DNA of 48,323 nucleotides from Perkinsus olseni (Eukaryota): NCBI GenBank assembly GCA_013115125.1, contig JABANN010000241.1, positions 1 to 48,323 of the forward strand, read 5' to 3'. Shown piece by piece: positions 23,641 to 35,499 of this stretch (position 1 is its first letter; each line of letters starts with the position of its first letter). The notes under the pieces were generated by a model. It saw only the letters and a program-made list of their open reading frames with translations, ran no database searches and was not told where the DNA came from. The position numbers and the translations under genes were made by a program.

Positions 23641-25876
23641 TGTCTCACACTCTTATTCAGCCGACAACGGCTCACACTGACCTTTGAGCTCACCGAGCTT
23701 CAGTTTCTTCTCCCACCTCTCTAGTGAAACACTATATGGCGCGGAGTCGCAGGGCCCCTCAGAGTCTCAGGCTGAGACTCAAGACAGTTCTCTGCGAACA
23801 GGATCACTACAACTGGGTGACTCCACGCACTGTACCATGCAGAAGTCTATTTGGCGAGTGAGGCCGCCTATGCCGCACTTGAGGATATCACATTAGCGAG
23901 CTGTGACAACGAATTGGCGGACCCTACTAGGCTATATCTCCTGTTATCCTCTCGATTCTCTCTATTATTCTATCATAGAATACCCTGCACCCCAGGCGGA
24001 CTCAGAGAGCGATGGACGCTGGCGATACCACAGACAAAATGAGCCGTACGCCGAGGGTGGAACCTAGGGTACCGTTTCTAGGCTTGGTATTCGAGGCCGC
24101 GGCCGCAGAAGTAGGTCCTATTTAGGAGGGAAGAAATATGATACGTTAAGGGGATTTGTTGCGTTGTCAACGCAGCGTTGAAAGGCGTCAGCAGTTATTA
24201 TAATTCACTCGAAGAATGTACTCGCCTTACACCGCAGTCGTACAAGATGCTGTTCCTCTGCGAGAACCACCGTCGGTGACAAGCAAGTAAGGAACTGATA
24301 GAAGCAGTCATCACTCACGTGGTAGGGAACTGAGAGATGACGCCCGAAAGTGGATGTCACGAACAAGCCCGAGCGAAACCTGTTCCGTAAGTACGAGAGA
24401 AAGTACGGACCGACGCTGAGAATCCAGAAATGGAAGACAACGCATTCAGTACGTTGTGGCGTGAGGAGGTCCAAACCGTCTGAAATGCTGACAGCATTAT
24501 GCTGTCTACAATCATCATCATAGGGCATGGGACGTGATGTCTAGCAGCTATTATAGCTGAGCTATGCCTTAAAGGCACGCGGCGTCGGCTTGACGCGGTC
24601 GACCCTCTTGACTAGAGTCTTGTCGAGTTTCCGGAATGCCTAGACTAGTAAAACCGTGACGGCTGGGAACTGGGAGGAAGCGGCTTGAACCGCCGCCCCT
24701 TCCAACTTAAAACTGTCGGTATCGGGTGCTACAGATGTGTTGTCTCATACAGCACCACCGTAGTACTCAACTGATTCGTACAGACCACTTTCGTCTCGCG
24801 TCAACCCGTGCAGTTACGGACTGTGCCTTACAGTACGCCATGCTAACCCTCCTGGCAGAGGGGAGCATCATGAGAGGTTTACTCCAAGTAACTCAGCGGC
24901 TCAAGTAACTTACTTGAGCCGTTATCTCACATTTTCCATCCTCGCGATTTGTCTTTGTCTTCTCAAAGCAAGCTTCGTGCGCGGGGATTATCATCCGTGA
25001 CATATCACTAACCATTCACATCGACCGGAACTGAGTGGTTCATCCAGTGAGAAATCCAAGGACTGGTGATTATGAAGGCCCTTCATCATCATCGCCCTTC
25101 ATTGAACGGGAAACCCCGTTTTGACGAGCGATTGATTCCCCTATCAATGACAGGCCATCGGTTGTATGATAGGCTATCATACAACCGGTGGCCGCCACGA
25201 GCTCGCCTTCGTCGGACAATCGCAAACGTCAATGGAACAGAGGAGAGGTGAAGGCTCTCACTGATGCGTTGGCCGCCTCATTCCCATCATCGAAGTACTA
25301 CATAACTGTCGCTAGGCGAGAGACGCTATAGCGCACGCACTTCACGGCGGCACGGGCCGCATTCCCGCATAGCGCATTGCGGGCACCATTCAGGGCTGCA
25401 ATCCCGTACCCTGATTGTTCGACTGTGCGACGAGAATGGACCGCCGCGGTAGTCTCCCACATATCATCTGAATCGGTGGTATGTTACTATTGTTGCAGTA
25501 GTCGAATCGACGGCGGCACGGGACAGGAGCCTAGCTGTGCATCGGGACAGTGTCCCCTCTCAGAAAGGAGTTGCCCTACTAGTGTGAGACCAGAGGGACC
25601 GCTGAGGTACCTCAACCTCATCCTGCCTGAGCTCTCATTCGTGCGAGCTACCTTACGTCTACAATGTGTGAGTCATTCGATTCCCTGTGTTAGAATTTGG
25701 CACGGCTCTTGATGGGAGACAGGGAGCCGTTGAGGACCTCCTGTGGCTATTAGCCTCTGGCTAGCGTATAGCTGTACTTCTTCGCCACCCATTCGGGTGA
25801 GTTCACCCAGGAGATCTCTCCACCAAGCTGAAGGCCTGATACTGCTCGGCCAGTTATTAAGTCTTGACAAGTCGCA

Positions 25877-27503
25877 ATGATCCATCCAACTAACTATTCT
25901 ATGCATCATTTATGCTGTCCACGCGGAGTTCACGGGTAGGGCGGCGGTCTTGCATGCTACTACGACTAACCTTTGCAATAAAGACGCAAAGGACGCTCAT
26001 GGCAATCCCGTCCCCTGTGGCAAATCTCGAGCTAGAGAGACTCTCGGGCTGACGTTGCCTGGTATGGAGGACGGTTCTCTTACTACAAGGGAGCATATCA
26101 TTATTGCTAAAGATGGCAACGTGAGGGTCAAGGCTATGCCAAGCCGCCCCTATCAGTATTTCATGTACACCGAGACTCCGAATAACGTCAAACTCCATCA
26201 GCTGTACAACCACCAAGCCATCGCTCTCGTCGACAGCACGCCCGAGTTCGAAGCGCAGCGCCTCTATGGTGCTGGGCTGAGTAAAGATGGTTGGACTGAC
26301 GAAGGCATGACCAATCTCGACGGCAAAACTTTACACAGGTGGACCAAGCGTGGGCCACAGGGCATCGATAAGGCCTCTGGCTTCAATTACACAGCCGTCT
26401 ATCAGACTTGTATGTACCCTGATATTTGGACGTTCTATACCAACTCCGATGACTCAAAACCTGTGAAGCTGGTCGGGTCTAACTCCTTCTGCAACGAGGC
26501 CTTGCAAGTTACAGAGTACTCCAACTACCGCACTTTGGATGAAACGCTCACTGTGGAGGACTCTATCAAAGAAGTGCACACCATGTATGGTATCGGGTCT
26601 CGCATATTATCTGTTGGAGAGAGTCAGGAGGTTCCTAAAGTATGTGAGGATCTCCTGGGGGCTCCCTACGTGTGCGAGTCTGAACGGGAGTTCTTCGGAG
26701 ACGGCCAAGAGGTTGACTGGATACCTTCTGGCAGGAGGATGCGCGGAGCTACAGAAAGCCAGGATATCATCCCGTACTTCGACGTTGCCGAGGGCACTGC
26801 GGCTTATACGTTCGTCCATCACCAATATGAGAGGCGCCTCCTCCAACTGCTCAAATTTGAGTTCCCCAGCAATTGCAACAACACCGGTGGAACATCTGCT
26901 CTGAACTTCTGCCTCTTCGTCGCCGTCGATGCGACTATGTCGACTTACACGCTGAAGGCGGGGCTGTCGTTCGTTGATGTGAACGATAAGAACAAGAAGG
27001 CTTCCCTCTACGTCGCTGTTGTAATCGGAAAGGAACTCGGCAACCGTGTTCTGAGGTTGGAGGCCGTGGCCCAGGGAACAGCTACGATATGGCAGGTGGG
27101 GGAAGGAGCCAGTCTGAGCATCGATGTAACGGTTACTGGCAAGGTCTCCGATGATACGGCGCAGCAGATATTCAAGGCTGAAATACAGATATCGGTTTCA
27201 TTCAACGCGAATCTCCCCGTGGTCGGAAGCGTCATGGACTGTACCGCCTATGCGAAAATTGACGTCACAGCGGCTCCGAACAACGTTATCACGGCCTATG
27301 GTGAGATCGGTAGAAGCATATCCCTGCTCGTCGCTGGCGCTGGTGCTGGGGTTAACATCAAGGGGAACACACTCGACAACCAGCCTAACAAGTGGACTTT
27401 CAAGTCGGAGGTATTCTTTACCGCGTGGGTGAATGCCATCTTATGGAGCAACCACTGGAGTTGGAATTTGGAGTTCTGGAATACTAAAGCGGTATATTTC
27501 TGA
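25877..27503 (+). CDS. Single-exon secreted-type protein (about 540 aa); start codon out of frame by 1 nt (possible pseudogene or sequence error)
   Basis: The frame is open from 25881 (SIQLTILCIIYAVHA-EFTG, signal-peptide-like) to the stop at 27503. The ATG at 25877 is one base out of frame. The C-terminal half is rich in alternating beta-strand pattern. Confidence 0.75.
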
Positions 27504-27839
27504 AGGCCAGCTGGTGGCACGGCAGCTGCCATGCATGGGACTCCCTTCCATGGAGGTCTCAACTTCTCGCTGAATCTAAAAGTAGCTGCTACCTCAGAGC
27601 ATACAATACCCAGTATCGGGAAATTCTGACAGCTCACTAAGCCTTACCGTGAGAGGCTTCTCATTTTATGAACCCTCATTTGTCGCTTGGTTTCCATTTG
27701 ATTGTTCTGAACTCTTTATGGATCGAGGATAGTACTTATTTTCATTCGGCCAAGTGAATGGTTCTCGAGAAACTATTCAATAACACAAGTCAACTCTGTA
27801 AAGAAGTCTTCTTGACATATCCAAGGTGTGTCCTAGTCG

Positions 27840-28350
27840 GAATGACTCCGCCGATGGAACTCGTTACCTTCACGATGAAGTCCGCTTTTTGCCGTTTCCG
27901 TCAGTCCGACTTGGTTGAGGTCCTTGGAAGCCCAACCACCAAATTCTCAGCGTGTTGGGTTACAGTTGTCAAAATACATATTTGAGGTGACAGAAGTCTT
28001 GTGTTGCGAGACGCTCCCGTGTCGGGAGTTCCAAGAGGGCGCAGGACATTCTGTCAGAGTTTGCTGGGTCAAATAGGCTTGGCAAGTATTGATCCTGGAT
28101 CTGGGTTCAAATACAAGGTCTCTGATCTGGACCGCGGCATTATACAACTTCGAAGACGAGGATCTCACAGCGTGGATGAGAGGACGTCCCCAGAGAGGCC
28201 AGAGGGGGTGGCCCCCACCGGGAGGGGGCCACCGATAGCGCTGCGATTTGTACTTCGCGGCAGAGTACATCACCTCGGCCATTATGTCTAAAAAACTTCC
28301 TTATATGTCTTCTTAACCGGGCCACCAAACTAGGCTGGGGGAGGCGCTGG
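27840..28350 (+). mobile_element. Possible degenerate 3' end of an LTR retrotransposon pol
   Basis: Interrupted frame with G*GPWKP..I (GPY/F-like motif of Ty3/gypsy integrase C-termini), then a short ORF and a purine tract GGGGGAGG at about 28337. Confidence 0.25.
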
Positions 28351-28751
28351 AATTAAGTGATGGATTCTGCATCTCACAGGCACTCGATGGCTGTGTTTTA
28401 TGAGCCGCGAACCGTGAAAATGCAGGAAAGTGATTGTTCAACAGTCAACATCGGGTCCGGATCATGTAAAGAATGAGTTTTCTTGCCATCTTCTCTAAGA
28501 GACCCTTTTTTCCGTCAGCAATCTCTCGGAGGAAAGATTGGGAAAAACCGTTTTTTCGTTTCAGCCACCCTTTTGACGGTATGCCTGTGCGGCCTAGTCG
28601 TATTAATCGCACCTTGCTTGCGCGAAGTCCTTAGTTCGATGTTCGGCTCAGGCGCTTCTCTTCGCAAGTTGAATCGTGGTGGCCTAAGAATTCGGCAACA
28701 ATTCATAATCGTAAACAAACTTGTGCCACAAATACACTCGGCAAAGAATAA

Positions 28752-28824
28752 CGCTCTCGGTGGAACTCGAACCCACAATCTTTGGTTCCGAAGACCAACG
28801 CCTTATCCATTAGGCCACGAGACC
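28752..28824 (-). tRNA. tRNA-Arg(TCG), slightly imperfect
   Basis: GGTCTCGTGGCCTAATGGATAAGGCGTTGGTCTTCGGAACCAAAGATTGTGGGTTCGAGTTCCACCGAGAGCG is a 73-nt cloverleaf with a perfect anticodon stem (TTGGT/ACCAA) and loop CT-TCG-GA. It has a G2:G71 mismatch and G53:T61. Confidence 0.88.
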
Positions 28825-30198
28825 ACATTCTACGAGTGTTGCGTATTCAGGAGGCGGCTGACCCGAGACAGGTCCAACTACACAGTTCTTACTCTACTCG
28901 GGAGCGATACCGCATAAAACACACTTGATCCCGTATGCTACATATTCGGATTCGTACCGTAGCATGCAGTGAGCGACTGCTACGGACCGAAGAGAGCGGG
29001 GTTCCAAGAGTACGAGGAACTTTGCCTCGTTCAAGGATGACACTTTGCCCTCTAGTGAGCTCATGGAGCTCTGGCTTCATATATGTCGCTAGTTACTAGA
29101 CTTGCCGACCCTGAGTGGGCATCAAGTGGTACAATGGCACTCCGAACGCAAACAGATTCCAGTCGTACAGTTGCGATCCGTACAGTAACTTGTGTATGGC
29201 TCGGTGCAACTCGGCAAACGATCTCGATAGCACGCATCACTGAACTGTGACTGAAGTGAACTCAGAAGCATTTCATTCGGTGAGAGCCTTCTCCTGATTG
29301 GGCCGGCTTTGTCAATGACTTTCCCGACTCAGGGAGTCTGAGTCTGGAGACATGAAGAGCCACACGTTGTCCATGGTGAATAGTCCGCTCTTGCTTCCTC
29401 TGCATCACTAGAATTTCGTCCCGCCCATGTTGAACTCAACTGTCGACGCTTCGTGACTCGTACCTGCGACTCGGCGAGTCGGACTCGCAGGCTGAGAGAG
29501 CTCGCTCGTGGCCGAAAGCGCCTTCGACGCTTTGGTCAGCCAGGCTCGCCACAGTGGAAATGATTGCTACACATGCGAGAATAACAGCCCCGGAACGAAG
29601 CTCCGTGAAAGAAAACCGTGAGTCCCAACGTGCAGAATACTCGCGAACCTCCTCTGAGGTCTCGTCCAAAAATGATACTTGCTAGTTCGAGGGGCCTGGG
29701 ACGGCCGGAAATGTTGTTGGCTCCGTGCCGATTCTCAGCCGAAACTCAGCCTCGCTCAGCACATTACAGCCCACTTTCGAGTAGAAACTCACAGCTCTAC
29801 CCGATAGTCGTATCAAACATCAGTTCAGCGGGTGACAGAGCGGCATGTGGCATGCAGCATGTTTAAACACAGTTCTTCAGTTGTAGCTCCCGTTTCTGAG
29901 AAAATACATGACGATGTTAAACCGGATGGAACCACTTAACGGAGCAGCCCCCGAGAAAGGCGGCGCTGATCGCTTGATCGTCTAGCACACGAGTTGACCA
30001 TGTTAAACGTCCTCAACTTGACTCAGCATGCTCGTTCGTTCGCTGCCTCGTTAAGGAGATTTCGTCGCCCCGATAACTTACTTTCTTCCGTCAGTTCGGT
30101 GTAGATTCGCTCATTCGGCGATCATGGAGGACTCGTTCTCTGCGAGATTTCTGAGGCAGGAATGTTGCATGGCTCGCTGGGGACTCTAATGCCCTCAC

Positions 30199-30986
30199 TC
30201 ACTCGTCTTCAGCCAGGGCATCGTAGAACTCCTCAATCTTCCCACCCTCGAGACATTCGGTCCCGTCCCCACCTCTAGATACTACATGTACATAGCTCGC
30301 CACGTAGATAAGAGTGCTGCCGACGGTACCGAATGGTATCAGGCCGAATAAAATTACGACTAGCCCGGGGTTCCAGCTCAGCCATATGAGCTCCCCTATC
30401 GGCTCGGGCAGCGTACCCGACATCATTCCGGCTACAGTGCGATCGGCGAGAAATGCCGCGCCTTGAAGAACAGTGCCTCTCCCTTTTCCTCGAAGAATCT
30501 TCGCGACTCTTGTTTCCTTCTCCTGGGCTTTATTAAGTGCCCCGGAGACACCAAATTGTTTTCGGAAGTCCCGCAGGCGAGCTGATATGTGAAAGCCGAC
30601 CACCAACCACCACAGGCATGTGATGATCATAAATATCAGCCAAGCCTGAGAAGATCGAGGACATGGGCATGATACAGTGGACTTCACCGGGTGGAGCGGA
30701 TCAACACAGCAGTCAATTCAAGTCCGGTGGCCGGAGCCTATAAGTTTTCGAATACGTTCTCAATAGCGCACGACGACGATGTACACCTCTCAGGTGTCAC
30801 CTCACGCGCAACTCATTCACTGTTGCCTTACTGAACCAGCTAAGGCTACTACGGTCTCACCTTCCCAAGCTGCGACTTAGCCCTGCCTGGTTCTGTTACG
30901 ATAACTGCGCCAGCCAGAATGAAATCGCAAACTACTAGTACGTAGAGGACGAGGGGAGCGTAGTCGAACATGAGTGGCTTGATCAT
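30199..30986 (-). CDS. Hypothetical multi-pass membrane protein, at least two exons
   Basis: Exon MIKPLMFDYAPLVLYVLVVCDFILAGAVIVTEPGRAKSQLGK|gtgaga, and a downstream 162-codon frame with hydrophobic segments (WLIFMIITCLWWLVVGFHI; GLVVILFGLIPFGTVGSTLIYVASYV). Confidence 0.55.
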
Positions 30987-31892
30987 TGGGTGCTGAGAGG
31001 GAATAAAAATCAGATTCGAGATTTTACGTGCCGTTGATGACTGTCGAGAGTGGCTAATAGCTTCAGACTGTAAGGATGACACGTTCGGAACGTAACGTTT
31101 CGTTCGACGGTCCAGCAGCTCATCGAATTGCCAAGGACGGCGTCATTCGGTAGAAATGCTCGACGGCAGGGATAGAACGAGAAGCCGTTCGAATAGCAGA
31201 CCAGCAACGTTTCTACTACGCCAGATGACCATATCTTTTAGCCTATTACAAGCATGGTGTTCTCATGGAAGTGCACGTGCCATCTCCATGCGATGTCAGA
31301 GAAAGTTACGGCGAGGAGGATCAGAATCACAATCAGCATCCCTGTCCGGAGACTCAGCCCAAAGCAGGTCCCTGACAAACGATGAACGTATATAACCCTT
31401 GCCAACTAAACGCCACACGCGAGACTGCAGGGCACGGGAAGAGCGGGCAGCGACAGATCGCCTCCTCCGTTACCTGCGTTGAAGCTGCGAATCATCCCCG
31501 CTGGGGCTCACAGTCGCTGGTGGGTCAGTTGGATGAAAAACACTAAGAGCAAAACTATCGAAACAGGGGACAGATCGCTAGTTCTGCCGAAGCTGACTAA
31601 TGCCTGGGCAGGTAAGGATGAAGAGTTCTCGAATCAACCGCGGTTCGATTCATACTCTCAGGAAGGCATTTCCTCGTGGTCCGGTCAGCAATGATTATCA
31701 GCGCAATTTTCACTGATAGAATCCGCCGCTTTACTGCTATTTGGTGGAAAACTGTTATTAACATCGAAAGCTGGACGATAGAACGCGAGGAGCAGCGACC
31801 ACGGCTGTAAACGTCTAGGAGCAAGAGCATATGGGTCTATGAGCAGCGGTATCCAAACATTTTTGAAGACCACTATTGTGCAAAATTGGCGT

Positions 31893-31974
31893 GACAGCCG
31901 GCGGCGGCGCCCTCTGTGCTGAGAGACGCGGCGATTATACCATGTACAGCACGATGTATAAGGCAAGTTTCCAT
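31893..31974 (-). repeat. Dispersed 82-nt repeat, copy 1
   Basis: The reverse complement matches 43238-43319 at 71/82 positions without gaps. Confidence 0.85.
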
Positions 31975-32602
31975 TACAAACATACCCTCACCCGGGATTG
32001 AACCTGGGCGGGCGATGCGAGGCCTTTGAAGCACGCATACACGACAGGGCTGCCTCCTGATAGATGCCTTTTTCGTGCAATGTGCAAGAAATATCAGCGC
32101 CGTCTCGGCCATGATTGGGGTTGTTCGATAGACTTCTCCTGAGTTGAGTTGAGAGTCGCTCCCAGGATTGAATTCAACGTATGAAAGATGATCCTGGGAG
32201 CGTTCTCGAAACTCAGGGGAGATTTATTGAACACGCGGGTTGCTTCTTCTTCTCTACCGTTGTCACCTCTCTTTGAGTTGTTCAGAATCGTAGCGGATTG
32301 AGGCAGACCGTCGATGGTGGTGTTGAGGATGATAATGTTGTTAATGGTCTCATGTAGGATTGACCTACTTCAGTTCAAGATTCTTAAGTAAGATTTTCAG
32401 AGTAAAATGAAGCTTCTCGAGTCGAGAAGCTTCATTTTGCTTTGAATTTCAGAATTGCTGAATTTCATTTTTGACTCGGGGTCTGAAAAATTGCTTCCCG
32501 CCAGCGCCAAGAGACCACCTTCAGTGAACGGACTCTGAACATAGTTCGCTTCATAACAGCTTCCGTCGCTTCGATGCTTCCTCGTAGTTGAGCTCCGTTC
32601 CA

Positions 32603-33082
32603 ATGACTGTTCAAAACACCACCGATGGCTCGCTGAAGAATATCGGCGAAGGGTCCGCCCCGGCTAGCCTACTGATGAACGCCACGCTTTCTGACACCTC
32701 TAGCTCCGATTCGGAGTCCTCTGTGTCCACGCCACGCGCCGAGGGCCCCGGCGGAAGGCCCAACTTCGGTCCCGTCCCGAAAGTCGACGACCTTCTCTCA
32801 CGCGTGAAGACTTTCCTCTCGACCCCAGCGGCCCCGGCGGCAGCTGGACAGGCCAATTGCGATCCCGAAGTGGTCCGAGACGCTTCGGGTGGTGAAGTGC
32901 GGCTTCGCGAAGAGTCGTCCCAACCGACTGAGCAAGCAGTTGAAATCGATGTCACGGCCGGAGTCTTCGACGTTCGAGGCGACGCTAATACGGTCGAGGA
33001 GGAAATGAGGAGGAAGAACGTTCCTGTGGTCGCCGCCAAGGGGGATGAAGGGAAGCTCATCGAAGAGATGCACGATGAGTGA
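32603..33082 (+). CDS. DUF4598 / NOPCHAP1 (C12orf45)-like protein
   Basis: Single ORF with DDLLSRVKTFL, VEIDVTAGVFD and C-terminal KLIEEM. These resemble the LLSRxxxFL and IEMxxxxGV motifs I recall for this family; not searched. Confidence 0.6.
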   Translation: MTVQNTTDGSLKNIGEGSAPASLLMNATLSDTSSSDSESSVSTPRAEGPGGRPNFGPVPKVDDLLSRVKTFLSTPAAPAAAGQANCDPEVVRDASGGEVRLREESSQPTEQAVEIDVTAGVFDVRGDANTVEEEMRRKNVPVVAAKGDEGKLIEEMHDE

Positions 33083-34052
33083 TCTTTTCTGTATTACTTT
33101 TACCACCACGTCTACTACAGCTTCCTCGTCGTGTGACTTGTGTTATGTAGCGAGACGAGGCCTGACTATGTTCCCGAGTTCTTACGGTGGAACAAATGTT
33201 CTCCAGTACCAGCCACGATTCATCCGTCACACGATCGCGCTCAACAGAGTTCGCTGTCAGTACATGAGTTGCGAAAAACGAAGCCGGCGTAGTTGAGCAT
33301 TCTTGTACCGCATGGGAATCCCATGATGGGATCTGATAGTTTCGCAGAAGTCGCAAACGATTGAATTGGAGCCTGAGGGGTCGGATGAGATCTGGTTATC
33401 TGAGCTTTTCTAATACACGATCTCGGTGTTAGCTTTGCCGAGATTATGACCTCTCGTTCGTTTACTCGAGTTGGCTCCGCCGAAACGCAACATCATCGCA
33501 ACGTCGCCCACACACATCGAATCATGGATGTTCTGGTATAAACATCATGAACAACAAACATCAAGGTAACAATATAAGTCAGAAGATTCCTCGCCGCCAT
33601 CGCGCCAGCCAACCTGAAAAAGAAGGTCCTCGTGACCACCGCTAAGGATAGTCCGAGCTCCCGAGAGGACTTACTGTCATACCGTTTGCCTCGCTTATAC
33701 TGACTTCCTGTACTTCTCATCTCTCCACCAGTTCCTCCTCTCAAGACTGACACAGGAAATGCCGATGAGCGACTTTTGATTTCAGCATACTATCGCTTAC
33801 GCCGAATAAGACTGTCCCGGAATAAAGTGCCTTCCAGCCTGCACAAAACCGTCGGGATGATTACCGCGAGTACTCAGGGTTACTCACTCTCTCGCGGATA
33901 TGCCCCTTGACCTGATTGATCAACGATTCTCCATAGGTAGGGACCGGAGTGTCATCAACGCGCTTGTCAACCTAGCAAGAGGTCCTCGGTCGCTCTTGTC
34001 GCCTTCGCTGGGTCGTGTTATTTACTCATGTTTCGATCTCGTCCTCCTCCCT

Positions 34053-34937
34053 ATGTCCGTCTACGCTGCTGTTTCCACTGCTCTGTTGGCTGCTACCCAA
34101 CTGTTGGCTTCGCCACCGAGACAGGTGGAGGTGCTCTTTGCTGAATATCTCAGCGCCGAGTACGTACTGATACCCGCAGATCGCCCTGAGGCGGCCGAAA
34201 CATCCAACGGCGTGGTGGAAGAGCAGCTGCTCGGCAACGCTAGGAACTGGACGCACGTCCCAGTGAGTAGGAGGGATCTCTTCCTAGTCGAAGACGAGGT
34301 AGCTGGCCCGGTGAAGAAGGCGATTATTCTGAAGCAGAGTCGTCATGTAACGGAGGTGTTCAAGGCGGATGTGAATGTAAACGGTGAGTGTTTCGCCAAC
34401 GTTGAACGCATTTCCCCGGCCGAACGACACGATGACGCCGTGCACTTCCCCTACGCAAGAACGGGAGACATCGAGAACGAGTTGGATTTCCTTTGCCGGA
34501 GTAGCGGCTTCTACAGATTCAGGCATGCTGCCTTGAGTGAGCCCGCGGACCGCTCCTCGGAGTACGTGGGTCAACGCGAAGATATCTTCAAGCTCGTCTT
34601 GGACGCCTCCTCAGCCTACAGTCTGCGGTTGTCTCCGAGTTACAATCTGATCCCCGAAGGTTCCATCGCTTACATGCCTCTGTGCCACGGCGTGCTCGCT
34701 AAGGTTACCCTCAGTGAGGGAAGCCGTGTCAAACCGTCGTTTTACGTCCTTTTGACGAAGATAGAGGTCGAAGCGATGAGTAGGAGGCGAAGCTTCGTCA
34801 GATCGCTGACTCCGAAGCACCGTAGAAGCCCCCGTGTGATGTCTGTGTACCATAATATGGACTGCACGCCCGACGATTTCACCGATAATAAGATCACCAT
34901 TCACAACTTCCAGGAGTGGGATGTTAAACGTCGTTGA
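34053..34937 (+). CDS. Single-exon hypothetical secreted protein (ORF open from 33900)
   Basis: 345-codon ORF. The second ATG (34053) begins a signal-peptide-like MSVYAAVSTALLAATQLLA. Confidence 0.65.
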   Translation: MSVYAAVSTALLAATQLLASPPRQVEVLFAEYLSAEYVLIPADRPEAAETSNGVVEEQLLGNARNWTHVPVSRRDLFLVEDEVAGPVKKAIILKQSRHVTEVFKADVNVNGECFANVERISPAERHDDAVHFPYARTGDIENELDFLCRSSGFYRFRHAALSEPADRSSEYVGQREDIFKLVLDASSAYSLRLSPSYNLIPEGSIAYMPLCHGVLAKVTLSEGSRVKPSFYVLLTKIEVEAMSRRRSFVRSLTPKHRRSPRVMSVYHNMDCTPDDFTDNKITIHNFQEWDVKRR

Positions 34938-35499
34938 TGAGCCTCAGCCGAGTGGACGATCGTGCCTTGCCCTTTCTCATTAGTAGTTGCTGTCAATGGT
35001 TGTGATGATATTCATGTTCATGTAAACGATGTTGTTGTTGTGCGTATTCTCCCTTGCGTTGCAGTGACGGCCGTGACGCGAGCAGCATGCTATAAGCCTT
35101 AGCGGGCCGACTCGGCCCGCCTTTCAAGATGTACCAGCAATGGGTTTTTCCAACCCCACCAGGAGGTAAACAGTTAGGTGGGTCCTGACCCACAACCGGC
35201 AGACGTAGTGAGCGGAGCTCGGCTGCGTTGTCTAGTTTGGTACCAACAGGATTATCCGATACGGAGGCGTCAGCGTAGACCGAGATGATGAGTTGGACCA
35301 CAAAGAAGTTGGAGGCGAGCATCGGAGACGTTCTGAACACTCTCACCATAAGGGTCTTAGGGGGGGAACTCAACTCAATTGTGGGTTGATTGCCAATCTT
35401 ACGAAGTTGCGCATTGTGACTATCGCGCGCCCAGTTGATCGATTACCTGACGCTGAACTGCTGAGGTATATCATTACTTCACCTTTGATTTGGTTCGCC

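Noticed and set aside
28950-28970. ACCGTAGC as a spliced-leader relic
   Set aside because: Only 8 nt match the perkinsid/dinoflagellate SL start. The rest of the leader is absent.
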